Of a stretch of DNA of 10,596 nucleotides, positions 7,787-10,596 are shown piece after piece. The first letter of the stretch is position 1; each line of letters opens with the position of its first letter. Both the position numbers and the translations under genes were made by a program. The notes under the pieces are model-generated. The model was not told the DNA's origin, did no database searches, and worked only from the letters and a program-made list of their open reading frames with translations. This DNA is from a bacterium (GTDB lineage Bacteria; UBA10199; 2-02-FULL-44-16; DYJF01). The DNA is taken from positions 1 to 10,596 of the forward strand of contig JBGSNL010000071.1 of the NCBI GenBank assembly GCA_041739675.1, read 5' to 3'.

Positions 7787-8080
7787 ATGAATAAAATTAT
7801 TCCCACGATCGGCGCTTCGTTGATGCTTGCTGCCAATGTTGTGTCGGCGGAGGTGCAATTTAACCTCATATCTCACGAGACGAAAGAACCCGGCGACAAT
7901 ACCTCAATCGATCTCAATTTGCCGGAAGACACGGAAGCTGTGGAAAGCGGGCAGGGCGCGGAGCCAGAGATGTATATGGAACCTCAGGGTCAAAGCGGAA
8001 GCCGCATCATCATATACGACAACGATTTCGTGGCGCCGAAATATGAGAGAAATTTCAGCCCGGTACCGAGAGTGAATTAG
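7787..8080 (+). CDS. Hypothetical secreted acidic protein, 97 aa (start revised from 7712 to 7787)
   Basis: SD GGGAGG precedes ATG 7787. MNKIIPTIGASLMLAANVVSA|EV looks like a Sec signal peptide. The mature part is E/D/P/G-rich with no Cys. Flanked by a promoter-like element and a terminator-like hairpin. Confidence 0.7.
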   Translation: MNKIIPTIGASLMLAANVVSAEVQFNLISHETKEPGDNTSIDLNLPEDTEAVESGQGAEPEMYMEPQGQSGSRIIIYDNDFVAPKYERNFSPVPRVN

Positions 8081-8107
8081 CTCCAAAGTACCGCCACGGA
8101 GCAGAAC

Positions 8108-8146
8108 CAATGCCCGGCGATGGACATGCCGGGCATTGTCTTATTC
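8108..8146 (+). terminator. Probable intrinsic terminator
   Basis: Perfect 11-bp inverted repeat CAATGCCCGGC (8108-8118) / GCCGGGCATTG (8128-8138) with a 9-nt loop, followed by an imperfect T-rich tail TCTTATTC, 27 nt after the stop at 8080. Confidence 0.65.
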
Positions 8147-8188
8147 GTCATTGTAATCTCCGCGCGGGCGTAGTAATGGCGGGCCCAA

Positions 8189-8557
8189 ATGAGAATTCCC
8201 GTCTTCTGTTCGCTGATACCTACGGAGCTTCTGTCCTCGCTCGGGCACGAGCTCCATTTTGTGAGCGCGGATGAGATTTCCGGCGCCGCCGCTTCCGGCT
8301 GCAATTGCCGGTTCCACGAAAACCTGTGCTCCTACGTGAAAGCGCTTCACGGCTATCTTGAGGCGTCGCATAAAAATTACGATCTCATCATTGTGCCGAC
8401 TTCGTGCGATGCCATGAGAAAACTTTTTAATGCGTTGAGCCAAACCGTCCCTTCCGGAAAAATTCATGTTTTAAGTGTGCCGCAGAACAAAGGAGAGGCG
8501 GCTGCCGGATTTTTCGCCGCCGAACTCAAAAAATTGAAATCGAGACTGGAGAGATGA
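8189..8557 (+). CDS. N-terminal half of a 2-hydroxyacyl-CoA dehydratase / BcrC / double-cubane-family Fe-S subunit, 122 aa
   Basis: VFCSLIPTELL, HENLCSYVK, PTSCDAMRKL and VLSVPQ...FFAAELKKLKSRLE match the N-terminal domain of HGD-D family subunits. It ends where the helical middle region would normally start. Confidence 0.82.
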   Translation: MRIPVFCSLIPTELLSSLGHELHFVSADEISGAAASGCNCRFHENLCSYVKALHGYLEASHKNYDLIIVPTSCDAMRKLFNALSQTVPSGKIHVLSVPQNKGEAAAGFFAAELKKLKSRLER

Positions 8558-8558
8558 A

Positions 8559-9779
8559 GTGAAAATAGGAATCCTCGGAGCGAATGTGCCGCTCAAGGCG
8601 TTGGAAGCCTGTTTGAAAAAATTCGGCTTCGAGGCCCTATATCTCAACCACTGTCTCGTGAAATCCCGTCCAGACGCGAAGTTGATGGAGTTAACTGGCG
8701 ACCTTCAAAAGTATGCCGCAGGATTTTTGAAAAAGAACAGCTGCCCGCGCACTAACGATCTTGATTACAAGGGGGAGCTCAAAAAAACAATCGAGAAGGA
8801 GGGCGTTGCGGGGCTCATAGTGAACGCAGTGAAGTTCTGCGATTTCCATCATTTTGATTACAAATATTTCAAAGAGAATCTCGCCATCCCCGTGCTCATA
8901 ATCGAGCATGAGCTGGATGTGAACTCGGAGGGGCAGGTTATGACAAGACTCGACGCGTTTTTTGAAAGTATAAAGAGAAAAATCAAGGTTAAGGCTAAGG
9001 CCAAAGCCGGAGAATATTTTGTGGGCATCGATAGCGGTTCCCACGCGACCAAGCTTGTCTGTATTGATGCGGACAAAAATATTGTCGCGCGCAAAATGGT
9101 TCCGACCGGCACATCGGTAAAGAAAAGCGTCGAGAGGTCTTTAAAGGAGCTGGCCGAAGACGGAATTGTGAAGGGCCAGATAGCGCGGATCGTCGCGACC
9201 GGTTACGGAAGAAACAACGTCGAAGGGGCCTCCCGGATCGTGACTGAAATATCCTGCCACGCGGCCGGGGCCTTTCACATACTTGGAAAACCCGCCACGG
9301 TCATCGATATCGGCGGACAAGACAGCAAGGCGATAAGAATGTCGGATGGAGGCAAGGTCGCCCAGTTTGCCATGAACGATAAGTGCGCCGCCGGGACCGG
9401 AAGGTTTTTGGAGGTGATGGCCTCAAAGATGGAAATGGATCTTACAGAATTTGCAAAACTTGCGCTCAAGGCCAAAAAAAGCGTCGCGGTCTCCAGCATG
9501 TGCTCCGTCTTTGCAGAGTCAGAGGTGATATCGCTCATCGCAACGGGTTCAGCCAAAGACGAAATTGCAAAGGGGATCCACATGGCGATCGCGGAGCGCA
9601 CAGCCTCTCTTGCGAGGAGGATAGGCGGAGAGCCCCCGTACTACATGGCAGGAGGGGTCGCAAAAAACATATGCCTCGTGAGGGAGCTCAAAAATTGTCT
9701 GGGCTCCGAAATTGAGGTCATAGACGAGCCTCAGTTCACAGGTGCTCTGGGCGCGGCGCTGTTCGCGCTTGAAGGATAA
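8559..9779 (+). CDS. Fusion of the C-terminal half of a HAD-family Fe-S subunit (aa 1-138) and a CoA-substrate-specific enzyme activase (HgdC/BcrA-D-type ASKHA ATPase), 406 aa
   Basis: GTG start with GGAG at 8548-8551. HAD C-terminal motifs: KIGILGA, NHC, SCPR, GLIVNAVKFCD, IPVLIIE...GQVMTRLDAFFE. Activase motifs: GIDSGS, ATGYGR, TEISCHAAGA, VIDIGGQDSK, MNDKCAAGTGRFLE, SSMCSVFAESEVIS, GGVAKN, PQFTGALGAAL. Confidence 0.92.
   Translation: MKIGILGANVPLKALEACLKKFGFEALYLNHCLVKSRPDAKLMELTGDLQKYAAGFLKKNSCPRTNDLDYKGELKKTIEKEGVAGLIVNAVKFCDFHHFDYKYFKENLAIPVLIIEHELDVNSEGQVMTRLDAFFESIKRKIKVKAKAKAGEYFVGIDSGSHATKLVCIDADKNIVARKMVPTGTSVKKSVERSLKELAEDGIVKGQIARIVATGYGRNNVEGASRIVTEISCHAAGAFHILGKPATVIDIGGQDSKAIRMSDGGKVAQFAMNDKCAAGTGRFLEVMASKMEMDLTEFAKLALKAKKSVAVSSMCSVFAESEVISLIATGSAKDEIAKGIHMAIAERTASLARRIGGEPPYYMAGGVAKNICLVRELKNCLGSEIEVIDEPQFTGALGAALFALEG
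8985..9008 (+). repeat. Degenerate hexamer tandem repeat encoding the KVKAKAKA interdomain linker
   Basis: AAGGTT AAGGCT AAGGCC AAAGCC, located between the HAD half-domain and the activase domain. Confidence 0.5.
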
Positions 9780-9780
9780 T

Positions 9781-10596
9781 ATGGCGGGAAAAGACGTCAC
9801 AGCGAAAAAATTGTACAACGCGGTGTCGAAGGGAAAATTTTCCTTCCATGACGCGATTCGCCTCTACAGGTTGCTTGACGTCTATTTTTCGAGGACGAAG
9901 TCGCCCGCCGGCAGGGTTTCGGCAAGGGAGATATCGGGCTATCTTGCAAAAGCTACCTCTGCCGACGTGAAAAGCGCCTGGACGTCGGTGCTCTTTCCGG
10001 CCGAGGTACTTCACACCTTCGGCATCCATCCGATAACCCTTGAGGCGATTGCAGGAACCTTTTCTTCGCTGGGCCTCTCCCCCATATTCCTGAACACCGC
10101 GGAAGGAATGGGTGCTCCGCCGACGATGTGCTCCTTTCACCGCATGCTCATGGGAATTTCAAAAAGCGGCATTCTCGGAACGCCCGATGTCGTGGGGGCC
10201 GCGTCCATTTTATGCGACGGAAACGTGAAGACGTTTTCGGAAGCGGCAACGGAGCAGCGTGTCCCTTTCATTTTCATAGATGTTCCCTTTGAAGAAAGCG
10301 GCGACGCGGTCGCCTATGTGAAAGATCAGCTGGGGCGCGCATTGAAAACCCTTTCGGAGCTCACGGGCGTAAAACATTACAGTGAAAATCTGCGTCAGGT
10401 GCTTGAAAATTCAAACAGGGCGTTCGGGGGTTTCAGGCGCTTTTACGATCTTGAAAGAATCAGCAGAAAAAACATTTTCAGGGCTCACGAGACCGCGAAC
10501 TTCGCCTTTCCAAACCACTTCATGCTGGGCCGCAGGGAACTAGTGTCGATGCTTGAAAAAACAAGCGAGGCACTGACATCGAAAAAGAGGCATAAC
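9781..10596 (+). CDS. Second 2-hydroxyacyl-CoA dehydratase-family subunit (probably the catalytic alpha-type), 3'-truncated by the window edge, 272 codons visible
   Basis: Not in the ORF track. Open frame from ATG 9781, 1 nt after the previous stop, with AAGGA upstream: MAGKDVTAKKLY...SAWTSVLFPAEVLHTFGIHPITLEAIAG...AEGMGAPPTMCSFHRMLMG...ASILCDGNVKTF...VPFIFIDVPFEESGDAVAYVKDQL...ELTG...LRQVLENSNRA. Confidence 0.9.
   Translation, partial: MAGKDVTAKKLYNAVSKGKFSFHDAIRLYRLLDVYFSRTKSPAGRVSAREISGYLAKATSADVKSAWTSVLFPAEVLHTFGIHPITLEAIAGTFSSLGLSPIFLNTAEGMGAPPTMCSFHRMLMGISKSGILGTPDVVGAASILCDGNVKTFSEAATEQRVPFIFIDVPFEESGDAVAYVKDQLGRALKTLSELTGVKHYSENLRQVLENSNRAFGGFRRFYDLERISRKNIFRAHETANFAFPNHFMLGRRELVSMLEKTSEALTSKKRHN

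Noticed and set aside
7787..8080. Orphan protein as a RiPP precursor for the downstream Fe-S enzymes
   Set aside because: It has a Sec-like signal peptide and a terminator-like hairpin after it, and no peptidase, transporter or recognition element is visible.
8528..8557. Slippage at the A6 run (8528-8533) or selenocysteine read-through of TGA 8555 joining the split genes
   Set aside because: A +1 shift at the A-run meets TGA 8535-8537 at once, and in-frame read-through does not enter the frame that holds the HAD motifs.
8189..10596. Calling the system benzoyl-CoA reductase (bcr) or 2-hydroxyglutaryl-CoA dehydratase (hgd)
   Set aside because: Superfamily membership is clear but substrate specificity is not. 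Only one ATPase domain is visible, and no aromatic-degradation or CoA-transferase genes are in the window.

Overview
Gene-dense bacterial window with a mostly anaerobic-type metabolic gene set. No rRNA, tRNA, CRISPR or mobile element is visible. Minus-strand operon 1: 2-oxoacid:ferredoxin oxidoreductase (OFOR) alpha subunit, a fused beta-gamma subunit, then glutaryl-CoA dehydrogenase (runs off the left edge). Plus-strand pair: a GNAT acetyltransferase and a small membrane protein with a CxxC...CxxC tail. Minus-strand operon 2: bifunctional aspartate kinase/diaminopimelate decarboxylase (lysAC), then an OsmC-family gene. Next is an apparently monocistronic secreted orphan with an extended -10 and a terminator-like hairpin. 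Last is an ATP-dependent reductive Fe-S system of the 2-hydroxyacyl-CoA dehydratase (HAD)/benzoyl-CoA reductase/double-cubane protein superfamily (runs off the right edge). Best leads: (1) a compact HAD-family subunit split over two genes, carrying a six-Cys pattern like that of double-cubane [8Fe-9S] proteins, with its C-terminal half fused to the ASKHA activator ATPase; (2) an OFOR operonic with gcdH, a candidate 2-oxoadipate:ferredoxin oxidoreductase. All family calls come from motif recognition by eye; no database search was run.
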